A stretch of DNA of 63,886 nucleotides, filler included, from Octopus bimaculoides (taxonomy: Eukaryota), in assembly GCF_001194135.2 (NCBI RefSeq). It is 6 parts of 5 records of this genome, joined end to end, with 100 filler letters (N's around TTAATTAATTAA, not from the genome) between each part and the next. Parts side by side here need not be neighbours in the genome. Positions count along the whole stretch, not along the records: positions 8,053 to 20,298 come from NC_068991.1; positions 20,399 to 45,927 come from NC_068981.1; 4 more parts are not named here. The stretch is one strand, 5' to 3'. A program made the position numbers and the translations under genes. Below the pieces are notes generated by a model. That model saw only the letters and a program-made list of their open reading frames with translations. It was not told the DNA's origin and did no database searches. Positions within the stretch are counted from its first letter, which is position 1. Each line of letters opens with the position of its first letter. Shown here piece after piece: positions 11,500 to 24,680 of the stretch.

Positions 11500-12870
11500 C
11501 AGAAAGCTGTGTCATTATGCTGTTGAAAGTTTAGATGTTTGTATTAAGGTCATTCAAAGATGATATTGATATGATGTCATTATGATGGTAAAAGTGTGGG
11601 ACTGGTGTAAACCGTTTAGTTCATGAGTGGATGTTGATAGAATGTAGAAGGTTATGTGTGAATGAAATTTTGTTTAAACTGCATAGCAATATATATGGTG
11701 TTAGAAGTGATGTCAAGAAAGTTTTTAATGAAGAAAAGAAAGTATGGAATTGTAGTACAGTGGAAAGCTGATAAAGTGTAGGTGTGTGTGAGAAAGAGAG
11801 AAAGAGAGAGAAATTCATTGGTACATACTGCATTGGAAGATGGTGGTGAGAAATCTAACTGGAAGATTACAATTCGAGAAATTAAAAGTCAAGAAAAGCA
11901 ACATAGCTGAGCGGTTGTTGTGCTAAACACAGTCAGTGCAACAAACATGGCTTTCATCCAAAATTTTGAAGGTAAGTAACTACAGATGAGTGACAATGGG
12001 AAGCAAACCTCCAATAGAACTGGATCTACAAAGCTGTACTGATGGTCAATAAGAGAGGAAAGAGAGCAAGGATGAAAGATTAAAGGGGGTGGATGATTCA
12101 AGTCAATGAAAGAGATAATTATTTAAGTATTTCTATTTGAGAATGATCATTTTGTTGGGTTTGAAGCTGGAATGATTGGAGGAATTTTCTGCTTTTGTGA
12201 CGGAGAAGCGAGTGGTGTGGAGATGAACACAGAAGAAAAAGAAGAATATAGACTAGGAGGTGACATGAACAGCAAATATGAAAGCTATTTTTTGTATGAA
12301 AATGCTGCTAACGACAGTCTTGATTAAGGAGTATCTGATAGAATGATCCTGCAAAGCTGACAAGGTTTTCTCATAATAAAGAATCAGAAAATTGCTGAAA
12401 TTTGTGAGGTCAGAAACTTTGGTGGCTGTGGGATATATGAACGATTTCTTTACTCTTCTGATGACAGTCTTGCAGGAATTATGTTGGTAAGTAAAATGCT
12501 CTTAGTTTGTGGTGGTTGGTGATTTTTGACAGAAGTTGTTGAAGTTTTGTTTTTTCTTCTACTGCTTGAGTGTAGCTCTGAATAGCCTAATAGTTTGTTT
12601 ATGGCTATGAGCTTTAGTTGTCAGAGTGATGTATAGTGACATACTCACAAGGACTGTTTTCCTCATCACTTGACTCATATGTTGGAGTTGCAGTATATTT
12701 TGTATCATGGATAGTTGGTTTAAAATTGGTGGAGTTCTGCCCAGTTAGCTGACTTAAAGTACAAGAAGTTTCAGGTGGTGGCAGTGTCAATGTGTAGCAG
12801 GAAGATTTTTTGCCTTGATTAGGCAGTGATAGGACGGTCCTGTGGATGCTGATATGTTGTTGTCTGGTTA
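11500..12870 (-). mobile_element. Highly decayed CR1/Jockey-group LINE (RT region)
   Basis: Fragments LIDHQYSF/RSS.IGGLL.IVTHL...ESHV and FFIKNFLDITSNTIY/CYA recall RT motifs. Many stops and frameshifts; boundaries approximate. Confidence 0.55.
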
Positions 12871-12873
12871 AAG

Positions 12874-13221
12874 AAGGGGTTCTCAACCATGTTTTATCTA
12901 TGGATCCCTTTGATTACTATTTTATTCTGGCAGACCCACATAGTCATTCTATATTTAAAAATTAGTTTTGTAGAAACTTCTTTCAAAATTCCTATTTTGT
13001 TTTTCACATATTAACTCGTGTGGGTTGAATTGTGTAAAAAATTAGAGAAAGAAACCTTGCTGTTTCTTGCAATACATGCCAATACATACGTTGAAAGCAA
13101 ATTTTTTCAGGGGTTCTTGAAATACAATTGTGGACCTCAATTTACTATTTTGTTACGTGGAGCCCCAAAAATCTTATATGGACCCTCAGAGGCGATATGG
13201 ACACTAGTTGAGAACTCATTG
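12874..13221. mobile_element. hAT-type non-autonomous element (MITE)
   Basis: Ends aaggggttctcaacc ... gttgagaactcattg. Degenerate 8-bp TSD GGTTAAAG/GAGTAAAG. A related copy lies at 25507-25838. Confidence 0.7.
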
Positions 13222-15689
13222 GAGTAAAGGATGGTTTTGATGAAGAGAAAGACCTTAAGGTTGTTTATAGTATCAGCTTGTCGATCAGAGATATAAGTGT
13301 GTGTCTAAATATACTGGTGTATGCAGTTGGAGACTGTTGCTAAAGATGATTTAAATTGCGTGCCCACAGTATCTATATTAAAAAGGATGTAAAAAATACA
13401 AGTTGTTTCAATTTGTATTGAATAAAGTCAAGTGAAAAAGTTTGATGTTGAGCAAAGACGGAATTGTCTGGGGATGGATTTCGGAGAAATACATACTGAG
13501 AAATTGTTTAGCATTGAATTTGGAAAAAGGATACATATTAACGATTTAGGAGATGGATGTTACTTCATAGTAAGAAAGTTCAATGAGATAGAAATATAGT
13601 AGTCAAAGTGGAAGGATCAGTGTAGACATTGTTCAACAATTGATCAATGGTAGGAGATTGTTTGTGGGTAAAGGTTGGCTTAGTAGGACAATTAATTTTG
13701 TTGTGTGTGTGTATAAACGGTGATTGAGCAGAAACGGCTTATTCAAGACAGAGATTAATGGCGGAAGATAGTGCAGTGTCAACGTATTATACGAACAACA
13801 TTAGAAAGATGGGAGATAGAATATATTGTTGTCAAAACAATACAAACTAAAATTACTTCGGTCAAGTAAAATAAATTTGTTCTAGCATGGCTTTAACTAT
13901 GATTTCTAAAATGACTTGAAGAACGAAGGAACAGTGGTAGATTAAAGTAGCGTAGGTCTGCTCCATTAGAGCTCGTCCCGGAGGAGATGGCCGAATGGAT
14001 AAAGTCTTTGATTTTCCTGTAAATCATAAATCTTAAAATGAAATCCATTGATGGCGTTTCGTTGAGTATTTGGGTTATACAATTAATCCTACTCACGTAT
14101 ATTCATCAGATCTTGTTGGGATATTTACCTTCTTGTATTTGACTGGCATCGTGTCGGATAAGAGAGAGAGAGAGATTTATCCCTGATAATCCATTTTAAT
14201 ACATTAAAATCAGAGAGTTTGTAGAGGTCATGAAAAGATGCTTTGATGCCAACAGAGAAAATGAAAAGGATAACTTATTTTTATAGGTGCAGATATGACC
14301 ATGTGGTTAAGAAGTTCACTTTGCAGCCACGTGATGCCGGGTTCAGTCTCACGGCCCCACGACCAACAAGTGAATTTGGTAGACAGTAGCTGTGTGGACG
14401 TCCATTGTGTGTATGTGTGTATAATGTGTGTGTTTTCCTTTTGCTCGACTACCGGTGTTGGATTGTTTACGTCTCCGTAACTTAGTGGTTCGGCAAATCA
14501 GACCAATAGAATAAGTGCCAGACTTAACATCGGTATCGAGGTCCAATAACTGAAACAAATAAAAGATAAGATATGATGATGTAAATTTGCGGTGAGATAT
14601 TTTGGAATTTTACGAATGATTATTTGGTAATGAACTGCAAGATTTCTGTCTACATCGATCATGAATTGTGATTTTGTTGAGGTAGGTATGGTAATCGTTT
14701 TATTGCGGCATGATAACGTCTTATGACGAATCACGAATCTGTTAAAGAAAAATGGCTGTCTGGATGGGGCATTTCACTCCGTAATCAGTGATCTCATATT
14801 TGAATTAGCAGTATGCATTCGTCGCGTTTCGGAGTAGAAACCCTTTGTTCTACATTTGGCAGACTCATAATCAACGATTTTCCAGGCATGTTCATGCCGT
14901 TTTTATACACTAAGGATAACATTGCTTAATATATCCCTTCTCTTTCCAAATGGTCGAGTGTAATTCGAGAGTGACTTGTTGCTATTTCTAGCTGATAAAA
15001 CAACCTCACATGTGTCCTGTTTATTGTGTTGTAATTCGTAATTGTTTTCTCTTAGCAGATCTATGATCAGAGGCATTCCAACAGCGACCGTATTGTCTGC
15101 AGGTCACATAAGGAATTTGAGCTTGTTATTTTGAAGCTTACGAACCTCTTGACGATTAGACTCACTTTTCGTAGTTAACAGTTCTGAATTATGTTTTTAA
15201 CTCAAAATCATTAAATGATTTGAAATTGTTAATACTTTTCTATTGAACTCAATGAACCAAGTAGTATAAATTAGCCTTGAGGGTTAAGTTATAGTCCGAG
15301 ATACAGTGCCAATAATAGTACACCAACGAGTAGATGTTCCTACGAATATATGATCGTTGAGTTGACATACCATTTACATATCAAGCTGTGGTTCTTTAGA
15401 GTGAAAGTCCCTAGGTCCTGTCGAGTGAAGTCATACAGGAATCGATGAGATAAAATGTTCCTTTATAAATTTATTGCGCTCAAGAGCTAAAAGTTCTCTT
15501 GCTTTTACTAGTATTCTAGAAACAGAATGGGAGAATAGAAACTCATATGGAAATATGAATTCGCAGATTATTTTGTTCAAATTGACTGCAGCAATTTCTT
15601 TATGTAGAAATTGCCAAATACTGACCAACTACGGGTAGTAAGCTGCGAAATTCTTACATTCTCTCGATTTCCTGTAATCCAGACCACTT

Positions 15690-16490
15690 TATGGTTCCAG
15701 CAGACAAAATGGAAAAGGTGTTGTCATTGGGGGTAGTAAGGGAGATGCGCTGGAACAGTCACTCTGACTCACGGGGCTCGCACTTGAGGATAGCCATCTC
15801 TGCCCCGATTACAGTGAGCAGGGATATGGTCTGTGGGCCGAAAACGCCGGAGGTCCCCACTACCAGAGGCTCAACAATAAACCTGCCAGAGAGCGACTGA
15901 TGCTTCAACAATTTGCTTTTCTCAACCTGACAAGCGATGGAGCCTGGGCTGGTAGCTGAACTCCAAGTTGTCGCTGGAGAAGGTGTCACAGCAAATGACA
16001 TCCCAGATGAGGGGCCTACTGCCATGAAACGGGAAATTTGTTATACCGTCAGGCCTTTTACTGTCTCATCGGTCTTTCGCGGCTGGCTCGAGTTGGGAAG
16101 GGAAGCCTGCAGTGACTAGGCCATGCTTTATGATTTCGTTAAGGATGGCATGGCGCAGAAGACGTTCAGTACTATTGGGTTGGTGCATAATAATTGCGGC
16201 TTTTTTTCAATAAATTTTATTCATCAAAAACAATAACATGTAACAAAAACATCTTTAAATGATTATTCCGAAGCATATTCATCATCTACTTCAAATACTG
16301 CTTCCCATTTGCTTGGCAGGCTGTCAGACCGTCATTTAAAGATGTTTTTTGTTAAATATTGTTATTGTTTTTGTTGAATAAAATTTGTTGAAAAAAAGCC
16401 GCAATACACCAACCCAATATAATGGTATGACAATGGGTGGTGGCCGAAAGAATCCACAGTGGATCCGCTGCAGCATTAGCCGTTTCTACA
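15690..16490 (-). mobile_element. CRE-like non-LTR retrotransposon 3' remnant (zinc knuckle plus restriction-like endonuclease), interrupted by a mariner MITE
   Basis: C.SGSTVDSFGHHPLSYHY|STERLLRHAILNEIIKHGLVTAGFPSQLEP...*DSKRPDGITNFPF...LIWDVICCDTF, frameshift, ...FIVEPLVVGTSGVFGP...*LFQRISL...TFSILSAG. Confidence 0.88.
16175..16417. mobile_element. Mariner-derived MITE with TA target duplication
   Basis: TA|TTGGGTTGGTGCATAATAATTGCGGC ... GCCGCAATACACCAACCCAA|TA. The inverted arms extend ~85 bp. The interior encodes a mariner C-terminus DSLPSKWEAVFEVDDEYASE* on the minus strand. Confidence 0.9.
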
Positions 16491-17829
16491 ATGTCAGAAA
16501 AAGCAAGCAAGGGACTTCTAAACTCTTTTTGAAGAGAAGGGGTAGAAGAACAGACACCTTATTCAATCGGACGTTTTATCTCTTTGGTTGACACTTCATA
16601 CTACAGGAATCACAGCTTGTTGTATCGGCTAAGTATCAATTTATAGAACAAAACAAGTTCTTAAAAACTTTCTATGTTTCATCTCACACAGTTGTCTGGA
16701 GTAGTTATTAGCGAAAACTACTTGCGATTCATTAGGGAAATTTTCTTGCTCTTTCCTTTCGCCCGATGACGTCAGGTTTCAATTCCAACATTTACGTGCC
16801 TCTTGAAGTTATTGGAATTATTTAGATGTTGCCTCTGGTCTGGTAGTGTATTTTGAACAAAGCACTTAACATTTCCCATATTTTTCAAACGGAGAGAGTA
16901 GCTAGTAAAGAAGAGAAAATAAATCAGTGAAACTGTCACGTAGAGTTTGATGTATGCTTCATGCCGAATATAAACCATTTTATTTCGTTACAATCTCCTC
17001 TGTTCGCCCGTCTGCTCGTTCCAGAAACATTGTTCAATAGAGATGAATCTAGGTGACTATCGTTTCTTATTTTATGGTTCTTCCTAATAGGTGAAAATAA
17101 CGTTAGATCCAGGTAAAATCTAAACAGAAAGAGGCAGTATATAAGTTTACTTGTATGGCCAGCCAAATACGGTTAGAGTGGTACCCTGTCTGTAGCGAAG
17201 TCCATCTCGCTGTAAATGTGCAGAGTGGTTATGTCTTTGATTCAACGTTTTTATTTTCTCCTACCGGAAGATAAAAAGGTACCCGAAATACAAATCAGCG
17301 CCCTACCCAGATGAATATTTTTCTATCATTTTCTTACATATCATATAACTATATGCTCTGATTTTCCCGTCTTATAGTCATAGATAAGCATAATATCATA
17401 CATTAAGGTTAACTGCTAATTGTCTAACATCCAATCAACGTTATGGAAGACTGAAGACTAGTACCAGCATATGAGGATAATTCGATGAGGTCTAGACAAT
17501 AGCAGAATGTGAAAAAAGAAAGAAAACAACAAAATCTCCATGAAACGTTTTCGAGAAACAATGATTTCGTTAAAATGTTATAAGGCTTGAACTCGAAACA
17601 TTTAGGTCTCAGAATAGATAGTTAGCAAATATATATATAAAAAAAACTAATTTGACTAGATTCTTCCTGGAGTGAAGAGAAAGATAAAACGATCGATGAT
17701 TAAATCTAGTTAAGGTAAGCAGGGGGGACAACTCTGAAATCTTGAATACTGTAAAGCAACGAAAGTAGAGTGATAATACATTTGCCTTCTATAGTAATTG
17801 CTTCTGACATAATAGTTGTTTGTAATTTA

Positions 17830-18170
17830 GGTACAAAGCCAACAGTTTCGAGAGGAGGGGCAAGTCGATTACATCGAATCCAGTTCTCATCTGGTACATA
17901 TTTTATTGACCTCGCCGAAAGGATAAAAGGCAAAATTGATCTCTGCGGTATTTGAACTCAGAACGTAAAGAGCCGGAAGAAATGTCGCTAAGTATTTTGT
18001 TCGTCGTGCTAACGATTCTGCCAGCTCACCGCCTTCTCCTTTTTAATAATAATGGTAATGGTTTCAAATTTTGACACAAGGCCAGCAATTTCGCGGGCGG
18101 GGTAAATTGATTACATCGATCCCAGTATTCAACTGGTACTGTGTTTTATCGACTCCGAATGGGTGACAGA
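17830..18170 (-). mobile_element. SINE family B pair (second copy partial)
   Basis: aaggataaaaggcaaaattgatctctgcggtatttgaactcagaacg...ctgccagctcaccgcc, then a second 3' part from ~18055. Confidence 0.7.
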
Positions 18171-18189
18171 AAAGGAAAAAGTGAGAAGA

Positions 18190-18394
18190 CAGTGCATAAG
18201 GAGGATGGTATGGGTGGGTGAAATGGATTTGTGGGTGGCTGCAAGCTATTCAGTCGGGTAACTCTCTTTTGGGTGTATTCCAAGATGTTCGTGTATGTAG
18301 TTGCAGCCCTGTCCCAGGTATAGTAGCATGGGTTACGACGATACATTGATCCCGGACCGAGAGAAAGCCAAACAGGATCCCGTAACTATCTTCT

Positions 18395-18429
<35 letters not shown>

Positions 18430-19430
18430 TCTAAGCATTCTTAAATTTTGAGAGAGTATTTCCCCATCATTCCTGGCCCTGAAAGTAATTTTGTGTAGTT
18501 GCGCTTTGTTAAATTTCTTTCGAGGCTCTGTGTGGGAGCACTATCCCATTCTTGGATGCATTATCTAGTTATAAAGAGGAAGGTCAGTGTTCCGAACATA
18601 GTTTGGCCGTGTTATGAATGTGAACCTCCCATAAAAGATCATCAGTGGTAAATAGTATAAAGTCTTGTAAAAGCTTTAGTTGTATGTTGTTCCATTAATG
18701 GATGCAGAGGTACTATTTTTTCATACATGTAGTGCTTATATCTTTATGTTGTTGATGGAAAGAAGATTGTTAATATCCCATTGGAGACTATTTACGAGGT
18801 GTCTGTTTACGGAATCAGTGAAGGTTTGACTGAAGTGTTTAGGTTGCGTATGGATGACCCCTTGTGTGCAGAGGTTAGCACACAAGAGCAGATGGTATCA
18901 TCTGCATAAGTTTCGGAGGCGATAAGTTGGTCGTCGATGTACAGGACGAATTGTGTTGGGGGACATAACCGAACTCTAGGATACACAAGAATTTATAGGG
19001 AGAGAGAAAGAGAGCGAGCGAGAGGGATGGGGTCCTCAATAGGCATAACGACTGTTAGGTCTGACAATAATTTTACAATCCAAGAGATGAGAGACAAGTG
19101 AAGGCTATGAGCAGACAGATCTGCTGAACAGTTTGGATTTCAGACTCAGTCCAATGTTTGCTGATGTCAAGTGTAGCGCCAAATTTTTCCAGAGAGAGGA
19201 CCAACTGTAAGCAACGTAGGAGAGAAGGTTTCCAGTAGATCTAGCTTTACGGGAGCTGTATTGGTGGCCATTGAGAAAAGAGAGAAATTCAGGGTTTTAG
19301 AGAATGCTGGTTGTTAACGACGGCTTCAATTGCTTTTGAAAGGTGAGAGTGATAGTTCTGTAATTGTTTGGGTCACAGGAGTTGACTACCTTGGAAATTA
19401 GTACCGTTGTACTATGTTTAAAAAGATTGG
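18190..19430 (-). mobile_element. CR1/Jockey-group LINE reverse transcriptase remnant
   Basis: FKHSTTVLISK..NSCDPNNYRTITLT; LNGHQYSSRKARSTGNLLSY; FVLYIDD....YADDT (YADD at 18897-18908); CYYTWDRAA..LEYTQKRVTRL. Frameshifted. Confidence 0.85.
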
Positions 19431-19467
19431 AATAGAAAAAACTGGACATAAAGAGAGTGAGACATAT

Positions 19468-19515
<48 letters not shown>

Positions 19516-20256
19516 ATTGAAAATTTTGGCGAAAATAAGGAGGCACTTTGGCGTATAATCTGACGACGACGACAACAACAAAAACACCGACAACAACAGC
19601 AACAACAAAATCAACGACAACAACAACAATAACAACACCAACTGCAGCAGTCAGCGGAATAAACCTGTTTGAGAGTTGGGTATTTTGACCATGGACGATA
19701 GTCCTCACATCTAGATTCGGACAGTTTTATATGAAACAAATGTTTAATCGGCATGACACTACCACCACCGTCCGTGTTGTTTAACCCAAAGTAATCTCTG
19801 ATGAACCAACCTACAATAGATATTCTAGGTGTGACCATCCTCTCTTTATTACTACATTATCTGTTGTCCACTTTCCAGTTTAATGTGAATGAAGATTTGG
19901 CTTGTATTTCTAGCAAATAGAGTTACCAGCTCGAATCCCTTTCATTGAATCTTGAAGCTAGAAATATTGAAGTCTAGGGGAGATACGAATATGTATAGAG
20001 AAAAGGGGATGTAGTAGCTGAAACGGGTATGATGTTATTAAAGGTGAAATTTAGATCCAAGTTCAGATAAAGCGAATAGAACCTTGATCAAAGCGACCTT
20101 TCCGTGGTTGTGTGGTAAGAAGCTTACTTCCCATCCACATGGTTTCAGGTTCAGTCTCAATGCGTGTCACCTTGGGCTAGTGTCTTCTACTATAGCCTTG
20201 GGCCGACCAAAACCTTGTGAGTGAATTTGGTAGATGGAAACCGAAAGGAGCCCATC

Positions 20257-20298
<42 letters not shown>

Positions 20299-20398
20299 NN
20301 NNNNNNNNNNNNNNNNNNNNNNNNNNNNNNNNNNNNNNNNNNTTAATTAATTAANNNNNNNNNNNNNNNNNNNNNNNNNNNNNNNNNNNNNNNNNNNN
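20299..20398. other. Artificial scaffold linker
   Basis: 44 N + TTAATTAATTAA + 44 N. Confidence 0.95.
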
Positions 20399-20562
20399 AT
20401 ATATATGTGTGTGTGTGTGTATACTTGATAATTGTAAGCACCTGTGTATGCCAGATCGTGGCCGGGGTGAAAGAATAAATTGGAAATGTATATATATATT
20501 TGTACATATATGTATATATATTTATATATATAAATATGTAGATATATATATGTATATATATA

Positions 20563-20608
<46 letters not shown>

Positions 20609-20729
20609 GATATATGGAGCGAGAAAGAGAGAGAGAGAGAGAAAGGGACAAAGAAACAGAGGAACATATTGATAGATAGACTGATAGACAGACGGGTAGA
20701 TATATACGCACAAACCCAACAGAGACACA

Positions 20730-20807
<78 letters not shown>

Positions 20808-21241
20808 TATACATTCTTATTTTTAATTCTTCAATATACTCAGTCTACAATTCGAAATTAAACTCCCGATGTAATGATAACGAACGACATGGGAACAGAT
20901 CTTTCCCTAAAACTGTGTCTGCGTCTGTTGATTTAGTAATACTTATGTGTTTATGTTTTAAAGTTTGATATCAATCTCGAAAGCAGTTACTTTAAGATGT
21001 AGAGCAAGATATAAAAACAGAAGTTTTCGATAATAACGAAGCAAATGCGAATTTGTAAATGTGATATTGGCATATTTCGAATGTACTGGTGGTAATAAGG
21101 CGTATCGTACGAAATTGCAACAGAGCATTCCTAAGTTATTTATTTTTCTCCAGTGAAAATATCAATAAAGAATTAATGAAGATATGTATCGAAATGCTGT
21201 AAGGCATTAAGTACGATGCACTGTCGATTTTGCTATGTGTC

Positions 21242-21304
<63 letters not shown>

Positions 21305-21324
21305 GTCTGTCTGTCTGTCTGTCA

Positions 21325-21383
<59 letters not shown>

Positions 21384-22081
21384 CATCCATCCATCAATAC
21401 CCATGCACGAAAAAATAGACGAGCAAAGATATANNNNNNNNNNNNNNNNNNNNNNNNNNNNNNNNNNNNNNNNNNNNNNNNNNNNNNNNNNNNNNNNNNN
21501 NNNNNNNNNNNNNNNNNNNNNNNNNNNNNNNNNNNNNNNNNNNNNNNNNNNNNNNNNNNNNNNNNNNNNNNNNNNNNNNNNNNNNNNNNNNNNNNNNNNN
21601 NNNNNNNNNNNNNNNNNNNNNNNNNNNNNNNNNNNNNNNNNNNNNNNNNNNNNNNNNNNNNNNNNNNNNNNNNNNNNNNNNNNNNNNNNNNNNNNNNNNN
21701 NNNNNNNNNNNNNNNNNNNNNNNNNNNNNNNNNNNNNNNNNNNNNNNNNNNNNNNNNNNNNNNNNNNNNNNNNNNNNNNNNNNNNNNNNNNNNNNNNNNN
21801 NNNNNNNNNNNNNNNNNNNNNNNNNNNNNNNNNNNNNNNNNNNNNNNNNNNNNNNNNNNNNNNNNNNNNNNNNNNNNNNNNNNNNNNNNNNNNNNNNNNN
21901 NNNNNNNNNNNNNNNNNNNNNNNNNNNNNNNNNNNNNNNNNNNNNNNNNNNNNNNNNNNNNNNNNNNNNNNNNNNNNNNNNNNNNNNNNNNNNNNNNNNN
22001 NNNNNNNNNNNNNNNNNNNNNNNNNNNNNNNNNNNNNNNNNNNNNNATATATGCATACAGACATATATATATGCATGCATT

Positions 22082-22144
<63 letters not shown>

Positions 22145-23333
22145 GTGCGTGTGTGTGTAGTGTAGTGTATAACAGAAATATATGGAATAAAGTATATGTA
22201 AACATAAAAATAGAAAATACAAATTTTCTATTGAAATTTCTTTCTTATATCATTTTCTGTCACCTTTTACCCGTTTTCTTCCGTTAGAGAGCATAATCTT
22301 AGATGGCAGAAATGAAATATCTTCCCTTACCTTTACAATATTTCAAGAATTTTTGTGAAAATCTAGCACGGGAATCGCTAGCGAAATTAGAAATGAAGTC
22401 GTCGTATTTTATTTTTTTGTGCAAATGAAGAGACAACGGTTAATGGTAGGCAAAGTGATAGGTAGATAGATATATAGATATGGAGTGAGAGACCGCAAAA
22501 GAGAGAGAGAAAAGGGAGTGAGAGAGGGGGGAGACGAAATTGAAGCAGGCTTTAGTTAAGATGGTAAGAGTTAAAGATAAGACAAAGGAAAGAATAAAAT
22601 ACAAATGCCCATGAATTCACATAGATGCATAATCAGACAGAGGCAGACAGGCACAGACAGTTCTTTACATATATTATACATCTACTGATATATATATATA
22701 AGTGGATGTATTATATTATACATCCACTCATATATATATATGAGAGGAGAGTGTATATATATATATATAANNNNNNNNNNNNNNNNNNNNNNNNNNNNNN
22801 NNNNNNNNNNNNNNNNNNNNNNNNNNNNNNNNNNNNNNNNNNNNNNNNNNNNNNNNNNNNNNNNNNNNNNNNNNNNNNNNNNNNNNNNNNNNNNNNNNNN
22901 NNNNNNNNNNNNNNNNNNNNNNNNNNNNNNNNNNNNNNNNNNNNNNNNNNNNNNNNNNNNNNNNNNNNNNNNNNNNNNNNNNNNNNNNNNNNNNNNNNNN
23001 NNNNNNNNNNNNNNNNNNNNNNNNNNNNNNNNNNNNNNNNNNNNNNNNNNNNNNNNNNNNNNNNNNNNNNNNNNNNNNNNNNNNNNNNNNNNNNNNNNNN
23101 NNNNNNNNNNNNNNNNNNNNNNNNNNNNNNNNNNNNNNNNNNNNNNNNNNNNNNNNNNNNNNNNNNNNNNNNNNNNNNNNNNNNNNNNNNNNNNNNNNNN
23201 NNNNNNNNNNNNNNNNNNNNNNNNNNNNNNNNNNNNNNNNNNNNNNNNNNNNNNNNNNNNNNNNNNNNNNNNNNNNNNNNNNNNNNNNNNNNNNNNNNNN
23301 NNNNNNNNNNNNNNNNNNNNNNNNNNNNNNNNN

Positions 23334-23947
23334 CATACAGTGTACATTTAAACACATCAGACAGATGTCTAACCCGCTAGAAGGATCAGTCAAGCTCCAA
23401 ACCTCAATTAGAGATAATTTCGAAAGGGAATGAAAAATAAAAACATTTACCATCTATTTCCTGAACCAAGGTTTCAAGCTATTTTTAGCAAAATAAAATA
23501 ATTTGCAAGACCAGCTATCATCAGCAGAAAAACCAAGACTAACACATAAATTCGAAGCACTATATAGAAACATGTCTCGTGCTTATATGTTATAATTTTT
23601 CATATCTACCGCGCATGTGCGGTTTTTCTTATCGGCAGCAAATACAAAAAATGCCGATTTTCTTCCAGAAATTAGCGAAAAAAAAAAAAAATCATACCAT
23701 TATTAATAAATTTCAGGGTAGCAAAAAATTTAGAAATTCTACTTGCTACCAGTGGTCTAGCGAGAAGGAAAAAAAACAAAAAAACTAGTCAGTAGACTAT
23801 ATATTATTCATATAACTACATACAGTGTACATTTAAACACATAAGAGAGATGTCCATAATAGGACATCTAACCCGCTAGAAGGAGCAGTCAAACTCCAAA
23901 CAACAATTAGGGATAATTTCGAAAGGGAATGAAAAATAAAAACATTT
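23334..23947 (+). repeat. Direct repeat pair (~115-130 bp)
   Basis: catacagtgtacatttaaacacat...ctaacccgctagaagga.cagtcaa.ctccaaac..caattag.gataatttcgaaagggaatgaaaaataaaaacattt at 23334-23448 and 23819-23947. Confidence 0.85.
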
Positions 23948-24229
23948 GAGGTAATCTATTAACCGAAACGCTATTCAAGCTTGTCCGACTATTGTCTTCC
24001 ACTCCACTGGTGTTCGTTTGTTTACATTCATGAAACTCAGCAGTTTGGCGTAAGAAATCAATAGAACAAATACTACTCCTACTGGGCTCGATTTGTTCGA
24101 GAAAATACTCCGAGGCGTTGCTCCGTCATGACCACAATTAAATGACTGAAACAAGTAGATGATAGACAATGAAAGAAGATATATATTCATTTCAAATATT
24201 CACACAAGAACAGCAATTTTGGTGAGAGG

Positions 24230-24600
24230 CTAAGTCTATTACACGCACCCCAGCGTTCAGCTTGTACTTATTTTACCGATAACCGAAAAAGATGAAAGGC
24301 AAAGTCGACACCAGCAGCCTTCGAACTAAGTACATAAGTTCGGAACGAATGCAGATGAGCATTTTTTCTAACGCGGTAACGACATTGGTTTTAATTTTTG
24401 GCACAAGTCCAGCAATTTCAAGGGAAGGGGTAAGTCGATTACATCTATCCCATTGTTTAACTGGTATTTATTTTCTCCAACCGGTAAGGATGAAAGGACA
24501 AATCGATCCCGGTGGCATTTGAAGTCGGAACATAAAGCCCGAAGAAATGTCGCTTGGCGCTTTTATCGGCGTGTTAATGGTTTTGCAAGCTTGCGGCGTT
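24230..24600 (-). mobile_element. Degenerate SINE family B pair
   Basis: Two degraded same-orientation copies with aaagatgaaaggcaaagtcgac and aaggatgaaaggacaaatcgatcc cores. Confidence 0.6.
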
Positions 24601-24680
24601 ACAGAAGAAATATATATTAACCACCAAAGAAAAAAACTATTTATCCACGTCGTCGTCTTTCTGTGGAGAGGTAAAAATAT

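Noticed and set aside
13975-14020. GGAGATGGCCGAATGGATAAAG, resembling a tRNA-Ser 5' half
   Set aside because: No B box or acceptor stem follows. At most a decayed SINE head.
15431-15510. Strong minus-strand acceptor with open frame ILVKARELLALERNKFIKEHFISSIP
   Set aside because: An isolated candidate with no partner exon or recognisable domain. It cannot be separated from chance without RNA data.
22331-22377. Minus-strand 47-nt candidate exon with donor AAG|GTAAGG
   Set aside because: Short, no motif, and no phase-compatible neighbour found.
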